The translations under genes and the position numbers were made by a program. Below are positions 36,301 to 47,467 of a stretch of DNA of 47,467 nt, one piece after another. The stretch comes from Octopus bimaculoides (lineage: Eukaryota): NCBI RefSeq assembly GCF_001194135.2, contig NC_068981.1, positions 117,733,562 through 117,781,028 on the forward strand, in the 5' to 3' direction. The notes beneath the pieces were generated by a model that was not told where the DNA came from, searched no databases, and saw only the letters and a program-made list of their open reading frames with translations. The stretch's first letter is position 1, and the number at the start of each line of letters is the position of its first letter.

Positions 36301-37299
36301 AATCAAGGCTGACCTGGATTTCAACGAAAAAACGAACAAACAAAAAAGAAATACGCGATGTATAACACTACATCAAATAGCACAAACAAATTTAGCAAAA
36401 TTTTCTATCGTAAATTACAAATCAGAAAACAATTAACTCTCATAAACCAACCACATCTAGTGTCAGCAGAACTCTTGCCATCATTTCTTGCTGTCATTTC
36501 TAGCACCACTATTGTCACCATAAACTTGGAAAACTTTAACTATTACAGATCACAAAACATAAACAGAAACCCACCACAAAAATGTTGTTGACACGAAACA
36601 AATCTTAGCGGTCGTTTCAGCTTCGAGAACATAAAATCATATTCCGTGATCTTAAGAAAACAAGGGAAAGGGATTGGATAATGGATTTTACGTCGCTCTC
36701 GATGACCGGCATTCAGATGTTCCACCAACTGAATTACTCGAGAAACTATCCTGTATGTGACTGCACATTCTACAATCTTGTGTTCTATCAACAAAACTTT
36801 TAGGCTAGACTAGACTTTTGAATTGCGAGTACAATCCAGAGTGAAAGAGAGAAATTTGGGAAGAAAAGTAAAGGGAGAAATCGATTCAAGTGCTGGACGG
36901 GTGCTTTAACTATTGACTTCTGAAAGCAATTTTAACCGCGGTGTTATTTGAACTAAACACGCAGAAAACAGGACCGAATACCACAAGTAACAACTTGATC
37001 AAGTTAGACAGTGAAGAATGTAATACCAAATACACTGTATCTAAAGAAAATACAGGTTGCTCAAAGCTAGAATGCTTTTGATAACAGACCAACTCAACTA
37101 GCACTGATTTGGCAAATAACAACGTCAACAATATCAGAAGCTTGTGCATTTATCATTACTACGACAACCTGGAGCTAATATGAGAACCTCTACGTAGTAT
37201 TTTGGTCAACGAATCATCCCTTAAATCACATCTTACCGCTTTAAATAAAGGAATCATCAAATAACGTACTAGGTTTCTTGCACATAGGAAAAGACTGGT

Positions 37300-38640
37300 T
37301 CATAACATACCCAGCATCACATTCTCTGCCACCATCAATCCAACCAATCTCACCCAACCAACTTTTCCGTTGCTACTATCTCACCTCTGTTACTATCAAA
37401 ACAACATCCATCTCCTTCATCACGAATATCAATACAATAACTTATGTCACCAAAACTCCTACCTGGAATTCTTCATTTATCATTACAAAGAATGCCAACA
37501 ACACATCACCAAAATCTAACTCCACCATCACCACCACCACCAGCAACAACAACAACAACAACAACCACAACAGCAACAACAACACTAACACCACTACCAC
37601 CACCAATACTAATACCACCACCGTGACTAATAAAATGTTGCACATCAGTAACGCAGCTGTCACAATGCAGACCACTGCTACACGCTGCAATGTCACCAGT
37701 ACCACAACTGTCAACACAAATTCCTCCTACAAACACCACTACCACCACCACCATCACTGTCACCATCACCGGTACTGCTACCACAATTACAACTTTATTC
37801 CAACGTTATCACTATCATGGCCAATACTGCTACCACTACTACCATTTCCACTGTTACTGCTCCCAATGCTCTCACCATGATGGTCACTTCTGCAACCATA
37901 TCCTTCATCACCAACACCGATACTGCTTTCATCTTCACCACTGATACTACCACCAATACCACCACCAGCAACCTTTCCCCCCACCCACACACACCATCTT
38001 CATTATTCATACTGCAACTACTACTGCTACTACCTACTCTTCCACTTCTTCCAATGTTGCCACCACTGACACCGTCGTCATCGCCACCAGCGTCCATACT
38101 CCAACTACAACTACCATCAACCTACCACCGATACTATTACTATCACGAACATCTCGTTAACCATCACCAGCACCAGCACCAATACCACCACTATCGCTGT
38201 CAGTCCAACCCCACCCACCATCACCACCAACAACAACAACATTATCACGACCAATGTTTTAACCATCACCATCGACACAGCGACTACCACTAACACTTCC
38301 CTCCACCATTACTATCGAAAAGAACTGCTGCAATACAAAGAGCTATCCTATGGAATCTTCTGCACGCAGCTGTGCACGCTTTTAACAACAGGGTTGGAAG
38401 CGGTGGTAGATTTTAATGGTTACTCCGGATTTTACTGGTCGTGTTGGAAATGGTTGTGGTTGTGGTAATAGCAAGGAGCGTGTGTTGTGTCTGTAGTATT
38501 GGTGGTGGTAGGGGTGGTGTTCTGAGGTTGGCTGGCAAGAATAGTAGCGGTGACGGTGGTGGTGGTGGGGGTTCGTCGTTGTCGTAATCGTTGCTGTGAT
38601 GTTGGAGAGGGAATGAGTAGAGAGGGCGGTATTGATAGCA
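37300..38640. repeat. Degenerate ACC/AAC/ACT trinucleotide field with strand flip near 38340-38390
   Basis: A/C-rich on + up to ~38330, then G/T-rich on + from ~38400. Confidence 0.75.
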
Positions 38641-39030
38641 ACCATAAGACTAACCAATCGCGACCAATGTCCCATCTCAAACTGAAAACTGTTCCAGCAT
38701 TACTCATAATGTATTGTATAACGTAAGCAACAAATCACTACTCGCTTCCTGCTCTGCAATATACTACTGCAGATGTTCTTATTCTCGATGTTGTCGCTGC
38801 TGTTGCTGAGCCAGCCCCGGATCAATCCTAATTGAGCAAATCTATAATCAAAGGAACTCCGAACTTTAATAATCTGCTTTTTCTTTTTGGTTTTTGTTTT
38901 TGTCTGATATCTAAGAATGGATTATCCAAAGTGTCATTCCTCGTTAAAGTTAAGTGTGAGAGGGATCATTTAATGAAGATTTGGCTGCTATTTTTGGAAG
39001 GTCGAGTGACTACATGCGAAAACTTGTTAT

Positions 39031-39428
39031 CTTTTGCTTGCTTCAGTCATTAGAGTGCGGCCATGCTGGGACACTGCTTTGAAGGATTTTTAGTTGAATG
39101 TATCGACTCCAGTAGTTGTATTTTTTTATTAAGCATGGTACTTATTCTATCGATACTCGTTTGCCAAACCGCTAGATACGGGCACGTAGACACACCAACA
39201 CCAGTTGTGAAGGAGTGGTGGGGGGACAGACAGACATGAAAACACACACACACACACACATATATATACATGGGCTTATTTCAGTTTCCGTCTACCAAAT
39301 TCACTCACACTGCTTTGGGCGGCCCGGGTCTATATTAGAAGACACTTGCCCAAGGCGCCACGCGGTGGGACTGGACCCGGAACCATGTAGCTGAGAAGCA
39401 AGCTTCTTAACACGCAGCCACGCCTGCG
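39031..39428 (-). mobile_element. CORE-like tRNA SINE (family 3), full length
   Basis: Minus head CGCAGGCGTGGCTGCGTGTTAAG...GGTTCCGGGTCCAGTCCC, core GGCGCCTTGGGCAAGTGTCTT (CORE-type CCTTGGGCAAG), internal (TG)n, tail ...CAGCATGGCCGCAC...GCAAAAG. Confidence 0.8.
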
Positions 39429-39976
39429 GCTATTAGTTTATTTATTCTTGATGATGATGATGATGTCGGTGTAGCTATTTGTTATCGCTATTATTCCATT
39501 AGTCATTATTATTGCTGTTGTTCTTATGTTATTTTATTTTTATGATACACCTACTGTTGCTAATTGTAGAAACTGACGTTTGTGTTAATTAGCACTAATA
39601 GATTAGCACTGCTGGAGAAGCTCTATGATCCTAAATATCACAGTCGTAGCTATCCTGTCATGGTATTCCCATATAGTCTTTCCGTATATAATGCGCTAAA
39701 GTGCAATTTTAGCTAGATTGGATTGCTATTTCTAGTTGGTCGAACGACCATATAAACGCTCGCTTTGCGATCTGGCTGTTGTCGTCATTATTGTTGCGAT
39801 CTGGCTATTGTTGTCAGTATTGTTGTACTGTGGAATAAATATTGCTATCATAATAGATACTTGTTGCTAATTTTGTTGTTGATATTGTTGTTATAGCTAC
39901 CCTTTTAGTGCTACTCTTACTGCTTTCAACTACAATAGCAAAACTATCGTCACTTTTTTTGTCTTTTAACTTTCCG

Positions 39977-40373
39977 TTTTACTTGTTTCAGTTATAAGAC
40001 TGCGGTCATGCTGGAGCACCACCTTGTAGAATTTCTAGTCGAATGTATCGACCCCAGTACTTCTTTTTGAAAGTCAGGTACTTATTCTGTCAGCTTCGTT
40101 TTTGCCGAACCTCTAGATTTATGGGGATGTAAACACACCAATACCGGTTATCGAGGGGGCACAAACACAGTCATAAAGGCACACACACATAGATAGTAAG
40201 AGACATATATAAGAAAGGTTTCTTCTAGTTTCAATCTACCGAATCCACTCATAAGGTTTTGGTTGGCCCGCGGCTACAGTACAAGACACTTGCCGAAGGT
40301 GCCACGCAGTGGGACTGAACCCCTTAATCATGTGGTTGAGAAGCAAGCTTCGTACCACACAATTACGCCAGCG
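39977..40373 (-). mobile_element. CORE-like tRNA SINE (family 3), full length
   Basis: Colinear with 39031-39428: GGGTTCAGTCCCACTGCGTGGCACCTTCGGCAAGTGTCTT. Confidence 0.8.
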
Positions 40374-41198
40374 CCTTAACACACAACCACCCTGTTATTG
40401 TTCTTACTGTGGCTGCTATTATTTCCATTCGCAATAATAGAAACTGTAACATTGTTGCTATCGTTGCTACTACTGGTATGCTTCTTGCTGTGCAGTTGCA
40501 TTGTTTACATTTGCTGCTGTTGCACATGTTAATTTTGTAGATGATGCGTTGCCTGCCGCTCTTCTTACCAACGGCGAAGTTATTGTTGTCATGTAGTCCT
40601 AATTGTGTATCTCAAAAGTATTCCAGCCATGACTATCCCGATTCTTTTTTTAATTGGACAAAGTGTACCCAGACTACAGTATTCGATGCGTCATTTTTAA
40701 AGATAATCTAAGGTGATTTGAGAGGGCGTTGGCTACTGTTTTTACTAGGATAACAGAGCAGTTAGAGCTTTTCTTGTTGGCGAGTAGGATTAATGTTGCT
40801 ATTGGTGGTGATGGTGCCGTATTTATTGTTGATGTTATTACTGCTGCAGTTACAGTTGTTGCTACTGTAACTGCTAATGCAACAGCTACTGCAGTCAATG
40901 CTGCCGTCGGTATCACCTCTGTTCTCACTTAACGCTGTTATCAATTCATCTTTTGTTGCTATTGTATCTGTTGTTGTTTTAATCGTTATTTTGTTTTCAA
41001 CACGTTGATAGAATTACTATTGTTGTTTCTGTTCTTTTAAAACGGTTACCATAGCTTATTGTTGCTGTTGTTGTTGTTTCGCTTCAGGGTAGTTCTGTTT
41101 GCACAGATTTATGCTGCAAAGTGATGACCATCCCGTCTTTTTCCACCTAAGTGTATCTAAAGCTATATCGCCATCCAATGCATGTTTCGTGTGTTTAA

Positions 41199-41490
41199 CC
41201 CGTTACCTCCCATAATTCTATTAACTGGAATTTTTTTTTATGAAACTTTGATTTCTAGTATAAAACAGCCTTAGAAACACGCTGGAATGATCAAAATTAC
41301 ATTTCAAAATAACATTTTAAATATAAATAAGCGAGATATTGGATGAAAAATTAGCAAACCTCATTTGAACATCAGAGAAATATACCTAGTAGATATAACA
41401 AAAAGGTTAGATATGTGTAAATATTGACAGATAATTACGAAATTTGTAATTTTTAAGTGATCTCATATGAGATCACTGGTAGGTAATGGG
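41199..41490. mobile_element. piggyBac-type MITE (292 bp) with TTAA TSDs
   Basis: TTAA (41195-98) | CCCGTTACCTCCCA ... TGGTAGGTAATGGG | TTAA (41491-94). The TIRs match 12/14 and start with CCC, typical of piggyBac. Confidence 0.85.
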
Positions 41491-41956
41491 TTAAGTGAAA
41501 TTTGGCTGTTGTTACCAGTAGATCGAGCAACCGTAAGGGAGAAAGTTTTCGAAGCTGTTGCTATTATTTATCGTGGGACAGGACTGATCACATAACTGTG
41601 ACCAAAAGCATTGCAGCTGTGGTTATACAGTCATTTTTTTACGTGTAGGGAATCGAGTATGCTCTGTTCTAAGATGATAGTGTAGTGTCATTTGAAGAAC
41701 ATTTGTCTTGTCTTAAACAGTTCGAACGACCTTCTAGGGGCCCCATCGTTATCTCGTGTTGCTTGTTGCTGATTATTGTAGTGATGATGCTGATGCCCAG
41801 TGTGTTGCTGTTGTTCGACGAATGCGGTTCATAGTGTTGCTGTTATTATTATTTTTACCCATGATGTTCTGATGTGGCTGGCTTTGCTGATGGAGTTTTA
41901 CTGATGCTGCTGCTACATCATTTGCTACTATTATTGTGGTTATTACTATTACTATT

Positions 41957-42148
41957 GGCAAGACGGTAAGCTGGCAGAGTCTTTAGCACGATGGGCGAAA
42001 TGTTCAAATTCCGTGGAGGTCGACTTTGACTTTCATCTTTTCTGGGTCGATAAATTAAGTACCAGTCAAGTACTGGTGTCGATGTGATCGACTTACCCCC
42101 TCCCCCAAAATTTCAGGCTATGTGCCTACAGTAAGAAGGATTATTATT
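41957..42148 (+). mobile_element. tRNA-derived SINE family 2 with internal deletion in the head
   Basis: GCTGGCAGAGTCTTTAGCACG...GTTCAAATTCC..GAGGTCGACTTTGACTTTCATCTTTTCTGGGTCGATAAATTAAGTACC...AAGGATTATTATT. Confidence 0.75.
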
Positions 42149-43399
42149 ACTATTGTTGTTGTTGTTGTTGAATAACCCAAGTTAGATCTGATCAATTAAA
42201 CTGGGCACGTGGCCGGCCCAACAAATATACGCTATCCACATATGCAGTGCTCTAGATCTAGCTTTTCTCGTCAAGGAACATTCCAACATGTATGCATTAA
42301 AATATGGATTAAACTAATACTTCAAAAACTTTCCGTTTCATGTTCCACTAAAGAACACAAAGTAATACTGGCGCATTTCACATGGAATTTTAATTTCTTT
42401 ATAATTTTGAAGCCAAAAATTCAGAAAAATATTAAACAATTGCTTATGTTGATTTTGTTTTTAGATCATATTTGTGCATAACAAAATAATAAATAAATAC
42501 TTTTTCAAGACGCTGAGGCATCCATATAGAGGAGATAATATTTCAGGATGCTGTTAGAGCAGTGCTTTGGGATATTATATATGTGCCTGGATGTTGGTAG
42601 TTTTTCGTGGAGGGACAAGGACTTGGGAGTTGACATTTGCTGCAGCTTTCAGCTATGCCCTTTGTTTGTCGAGGTAGTTCTGCATTTTTGTATGTCTATT
42701 TATGGGGGTACATGGCCTCTGTGTAACTTCTTATAGTGCTTAGACGATTGTTTTACGTGCCATCTAGTTTATTGTGGTTCGATTGCTGGATTGGCAGGGT
42801 AGTTAGAACGTCGAACATAAGACTTTGTGGTACATTCTGGCTTTAAATCTAGCCGAATGTACTTTTGTCTTTTATCCTTCTGGGGTTTAAAAACTAAGGC
42901 ACCAGCTATTTAGTAAAGGCCTATGCAATAAACAGCCAATTTGTGCCAATATGCAATGGATGACATAAATACGGTAGAGCCCAAATCCCCACCAATCTTT
43001 CTGGTTTCGACATGTAAAGCGAGACACCGACTGGAATACACAATTGTCACATCAATCTAGAACACTATATTACTACGAACACAATATGCACACATATACA
43101 TTCTACCATTCGCTTACACATATGAAGGTCCCCATTGAAGTAGACCCCATCCTAAAGATATCATGCAGATATAAAAAGAAGTACTTTATTGTAGTTTTTG
43201 TAGAGAAAAATGAGCTAATGTTTAGACTATCATAGTTCGTGATGTATTTAATGTATCGTGTGTACAACTTCTTCGTGGCTTCCTTCTGTTACCAAATGTC
43301 GAACATGGGATTGCTCTTGGCCTTTCGTTCTTTACTCTGTCTTATACACACACGCATACGCACATACACACATACACACACAAAAGAAAAAAACACATA

Positions 43400-44560
43400 C
43401 ACAATGTGAATAAATTGCATGTAGCATCCAATATTTTGCTTCCACTTTATGTTGCATGCCTGTTTTGCTGAAACTTTTGATCGGCTGTATTTGATGTTCT
43501 CATGTGTTGGTGGTGTTGATTGGTTATAACAGAGGTTCTCTGGTGGTGACGTTGGATTTTCGTACTACACTATTTTAAGACTGTTAATGTGGAGTCAGGT
43601 TTCTTGATGATTTAGCCAATGTTGAAGACACACGTGTGAGTATGATGTCATTTGCAGAGCGGTGGTGACTTTGTGTACGTATAAATGGATAAGTGTGAAA
43701 AACCGGCATTTTGGAAATGGTCTTTTACATAAACATGCTAACCTGACATGTAGCTTGCTAGTAGGAATTATATTTATTTCTTAAAATTTGTATTTAGCGT
43801 AGAATAAAGCTGAAAGTCTATTTGATGCTAATGGTTGTAAGAATGGTATGCATAGGAGGTTACTTGATATTGATGCTCTCATTTATTTTCTGTGTTGGAT
43901 CTGTGTGTGTGTTGATTGTATTTTGTTTCTATAATTTTTGTTGTGATTTGATGATGTATATGTGAGATTAGATATGTCATGAGTAAGTCTTTCAAACAAG
44001 TAGGTGAGCATAGAAGGGTTATGGTCCTGTATGATTTTACTTGCTTTGACATGTTTTTGACGTTGTTATAAGTTTGTCAAGCTCCTAAATTCTGGAAATT
44101 TATCTGTTGCAAGAAATATTTTTTATAATTGTTGGTGAGTATAGCAAACCCTTCCGGCCGTAGATATTTTAGGGTTTGCTTGCAAGTTTGTCTGTTTTTT
44201 GAGGCTTTTATGTTTTTACAATTTCTTTTATCTCATTTGTAAGATACAAAGCAGCAATCCCAAGTCTGGTGTCCACGGTTTCCTAGAGGACTCACAACGG
44301 GGCTTTTTGAATTCTGTTCAAATTGTTGAAAATGCTGCCATATAAATGCGTAAGTATTCAGTTACTCAATTGAGAGCTGAAACAGGGAAAACAGATTTTC
44401 TCTTTGTTAGTAAGCTAAATGTTTGAGAGGTTAGATTTTTAAATAGTGTGGAACTTGTTAGAAAATATATGTAAATAAGCAACTTCCTTATTTGCGAAGA
44501 TGTTGGAAACGAATAATGTAGGGTAACCGATCCTGCATTATCCCGAATAGTCAAGTCATT
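43400..44560 (-). mobile_element. Heavily degraded jockey/I-group-like LINE RT
   Basis: Minus-strand fragments LGIAALYLTNE (44264-44232) and SYRTITLLCSP (44034-44002) resemble the LG..A..YLT.IFN and SYRPISLL RT motifs. There is no intact YADD motif. Boundaries are approximate. Confidence 0.4.
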
Positions 44561-45492
44561 CAGATCTTCTAATGAGTCTAATTCGTGGTAGATTTAGCGG
44601 TTAATTTTAGCAAAGTGAGCGACTGCATTGTCACTGCTTCATTATGTCTTTACCTTTGTTGTTTCTGGTTTCTAACGTTGTTTCTACTGAGGTTTTTCTT
44701 ACTGCTAATTGGTACTACCTTTTTACTTTTGTCGCTATTGTTATGAAATTTACCTTGTTAATGATAGGTTTTTTCTACCCGATCTTCTGTTTCTAATGTT
44801 GCTATTATTGAAGAAAACGATGTAGTCACAGTTGGCTATATCAAAATTATTACTTGTTCACTTCGCAAGGGATAAATGCAAAGTTAATCTCAAGAAGGTT
44901 TAAAGATATAAACAAAAAGGAACATAATTAAAAACCACAAGAACGTAACTAAACAGCATAGGGTATTTTATCTATCGTAGTACCATATTACCTTCAGTCA
45001 ACATTAACAATAAAGAAAACATGCTCACCAAAATGTATTTCTTGTCAATGTGAAAGAAATGAGCGGAGTTTTAAAATGGCAGTTGCTCATCCCTCTCTAG
45101 AGACTAACTCTATTTTACATAGTATAATTTCATAAAATCACCATATTGACTCAAGTACAAATTGATCTCAACTATGCAACCTAAGTTTTTTTTTCACGTG
45201 AAAACCTGTAATATAATTAGCCGCCAGTTTTGAGGGTAATGTTTTGAGTTATATATTTTGTGCAATACACGAATTATTACAGAACCTCAGTTGTCGACGG
45301 AAGTAATAAGGTTAAGCCCATCGATACTCGTTTGATGGAATTTTGGGAAGTGGAAAATAATGATGACGTATACCTGAATTTGAAAATTGAACTTAGCAAC
45401 AAAGGGAAACAAACCCAATTTCAAATTGCAACAAAGCATTTGCGCTATATTTTTATACTAGATTCACTTTTATATATTTCAGACCATTATGA

Positions 45493-46048
45493 TATAGGGT
45501 TAATGAAAAAGAATGAACCGATTTTATTATGCAATATCTTAATAAGGAATAACAATAGAAAACTTCAGCTAAGTCACAAGTATTTATTCACAAACAACTT
45601 TTATTTCCTGTCTTATAAGTGTTCGATGTGACCACCACCTGATGCATAGGCAACATCAATGCGATAAGAGTATTCCTCCCAAACGCGTATCTGCTTGGCC
45701 TGCGAGATCCCCAGACTTCACCGTGTGGGATTTTTTCTTGCGGCGATATGTAAAAGATCGCGTTTATGTTCCACCGCTACTCATTGACCTCGGTGACCAT
45801 AAACATCGAATAACAACAGCGATAAACTCAGTGGATTGAGGTATGCTGTTACGCATCTGGGAGAAATTCTCTTATCGCAGTGATGTTGCCCGTGAAGCCG
45901 GTGGTGGCCACATTGAACATTTGTAAGACAGGAAATAAAAGTTGATTGTGAGTAAATACTTCTGATTTAACTGGAGTTTTCTATTGGTTTTCTTTATTAA
46001 AATATTGCTTAATGAAATCGGTTCATTCTTTTTCAATAACCTTCTATA
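45493..46048. mobile_element. Palindromic non-autonomous Tc1/mariner derivative (two right ends, ~200-bp inverted arms) carrying a transposase C-terminus
   Basis: 45493-45694 is the reverse complement of ~45845-46048, and both ends start TATAG(A)(A)GGTTA(A/T)TGAAAAAGAATGAACCGATTT. The + strand encodes WPARSPDFTVWDFFLRRYVKDRVY...RITTAINSVD*..IWEKFSYRSDVAREAGGGHIEHL*, a DD41D/rosa-like C-terminus (family call from motif recall). Confidence 0.85.
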
Positions 46049-46495
46049 CCTCTTTAGTGATTTGATTCATGAACATATGTGTGATATAATCGATGAACGT
46101 CACTTGAGAACTCAAAAACTTATGCAGACATATCTAAGTACTAAAATATGCGTTCTACCGTATTCGTCTACTAAACTAAATACTGTCTGTTAACAAACTA
46201 ATGGATAAACTTATCTTGAAATGTCTTCATTATATCAAACTTTAAAAGCGAAAACCAATTTCCTTGATTTCAGTATGTGAAATTAAATGTTAGTGAGTAG
46301 ATTGCTAAAAAAAACGTTATAGGCTTTGATAAAACCGTCTGCACTTGTTGTATACACAACTAATGACGTCAGCGAATAGAGAAATAATATATTTTCTGAT
46401 AGCATTTAGCCAGAAATTAACATCTCTCGGACAGACTGAGGGTATAACGATGGATGTGTTAATGTGTATCTGCTTGTGTGTATAGGTGAGTATAT

Positions 46496-46545
<50 letters not shown>

Positions 46546-46567
46546 NNNNNNNNNNGTGTGTGTGTGT

Positions 46568-46606
<39 letters not shown>

Positions 46607-47116
46607 CGCGTATATGTCTACGCACCAGCTAAGAAGGCAGTAAAAATGACTTAGAATTGTACTGAATGAAAATGTATTCAATGTCAGAGAACTCCAATGG
46701 GTTTCTCCAGAAACATATATCTGTGTACCTTGCTTATATGCCGCGGTAGACCTTTTGAATTTAATGCTTAAAATCATCCGGAAGTTCATCAGAGTACATG
46801 AGCAAAAGTGGAAGTCGATTAGATTGCTCACAACATTTTAACATTATGGCGTTTGAGATTGAGAAACTTCTAAAAATGATACACTCCACGACCATCATTC
46901 TATAACAATTGTCTCCATAGGTAGAGCTCATTTTGCCATTCACTGTAGAAATATTTTGAAATGACCATGGACCATCTGATGCATAAATAACAAGTCTTAG
47001 AATGAAGTATTCAATTTTGCTGAGGTGTACACTACACCTTCTTTTAATACCAAGTTCACCTAAAAGAAAGGGACTTTGTTTCTTCTTCTGATGTGATAGC
47101 AATGTTTGTCAGGCAC

Positions 47117-47467
47117 TACTGTCTAGCCCTAATACCGCTCTCAAAATTGCTCAATGATGCACAGTATGGTTATAAAATATTTGATAAAAATATAAATCAT
47201 CTCATTTACATGGATGATTTAAAGCTCTTTGCAAAAAATGACCAACAACTCAAAGGCCTACTAGCGATTGTTAAACAATTCAGTGATGACATCAGGATGC
47301 AATTTGGCCTTGATAAATGTGCAAAAGCTACCTTTATCAAAGGAAAAATGACAAATACATCTAAGGTGAACCTTGACCAGCAAAATGTCATAAAAGAGTT
47401 AGAACCAGCGGAGAGCTACAAATACCTAGGGGTAATTGAAGGGGACAATATCAAGCACTCAGTGATG
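47117..47467 (+). mobile_element. Dong/R4-clade non-LTR retrotransposon RT, 5'-truncated, continues beyond window
   Basis: Uninterrupted 117 codons: YCLALIPLSKLL...INHLIYMDDLKLFAK...FSDDIRMQFGLDKCAK...YKYLGV. HLxYMDDLKL and M(E/Q)FGLDKCA are typical of R4/Dong RTs. Absent from the ORF track because it has no stop inside the window. Confidence 0.85.

Noticed and set aside
46761-47102. 113-aa minus-strand ORF next to the Dong/R4 fragment
   Set aside because: No recognisable motif; probably chance or decayed repeat.
1-47467. CRISPR arrays, rRNA, prokaryotic defence systems
   Set aside because: Eukaryotic DNA; no regularly spaced repeat-spacer arrays or rRNA-like sequence seen.

Overview
AT-rich, gap-riddled, microsatellite- and SINE-dense animal genomic DNA. 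The repeat landscape suggests an octopod cephalopod such as Octopus (inference only). There is one clear host gene: a ~3.05 kb minus-strand coding exon (7311->4257). It encodes a signal peptide, a Thr-rich mucin-like tract, a long Cys-containing unique region, a furin-type RYAR site and the start of a pappalysin (PAPP-A/PAPP-A2) LamG-like domain, and it ends at a G|GTGAGT splice donor. The rest of the gene lies left of position 4257, outside the window or in gaps. The ~40 kb upstream of that exon contains no further recognisable host exons. It holds a complete but disabled mariner, two Penelope-like RT relics, a Dong/R4-type LINE RT fragment, a degraded jockey-like RT, several MITE/foldback elements (hAT-, piggyBac- and Tc1/mariner-derived) and many tRNA-derived SINEs. 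Most worth following up: the roughly 930-aa pappalysin pro-region, a candidate type I hammerhead ribozyme at 28586-28630 (-), and inverted repeats able to form dsRNA. Most ORFs in the track are microsatellite or N-gap artefacts.
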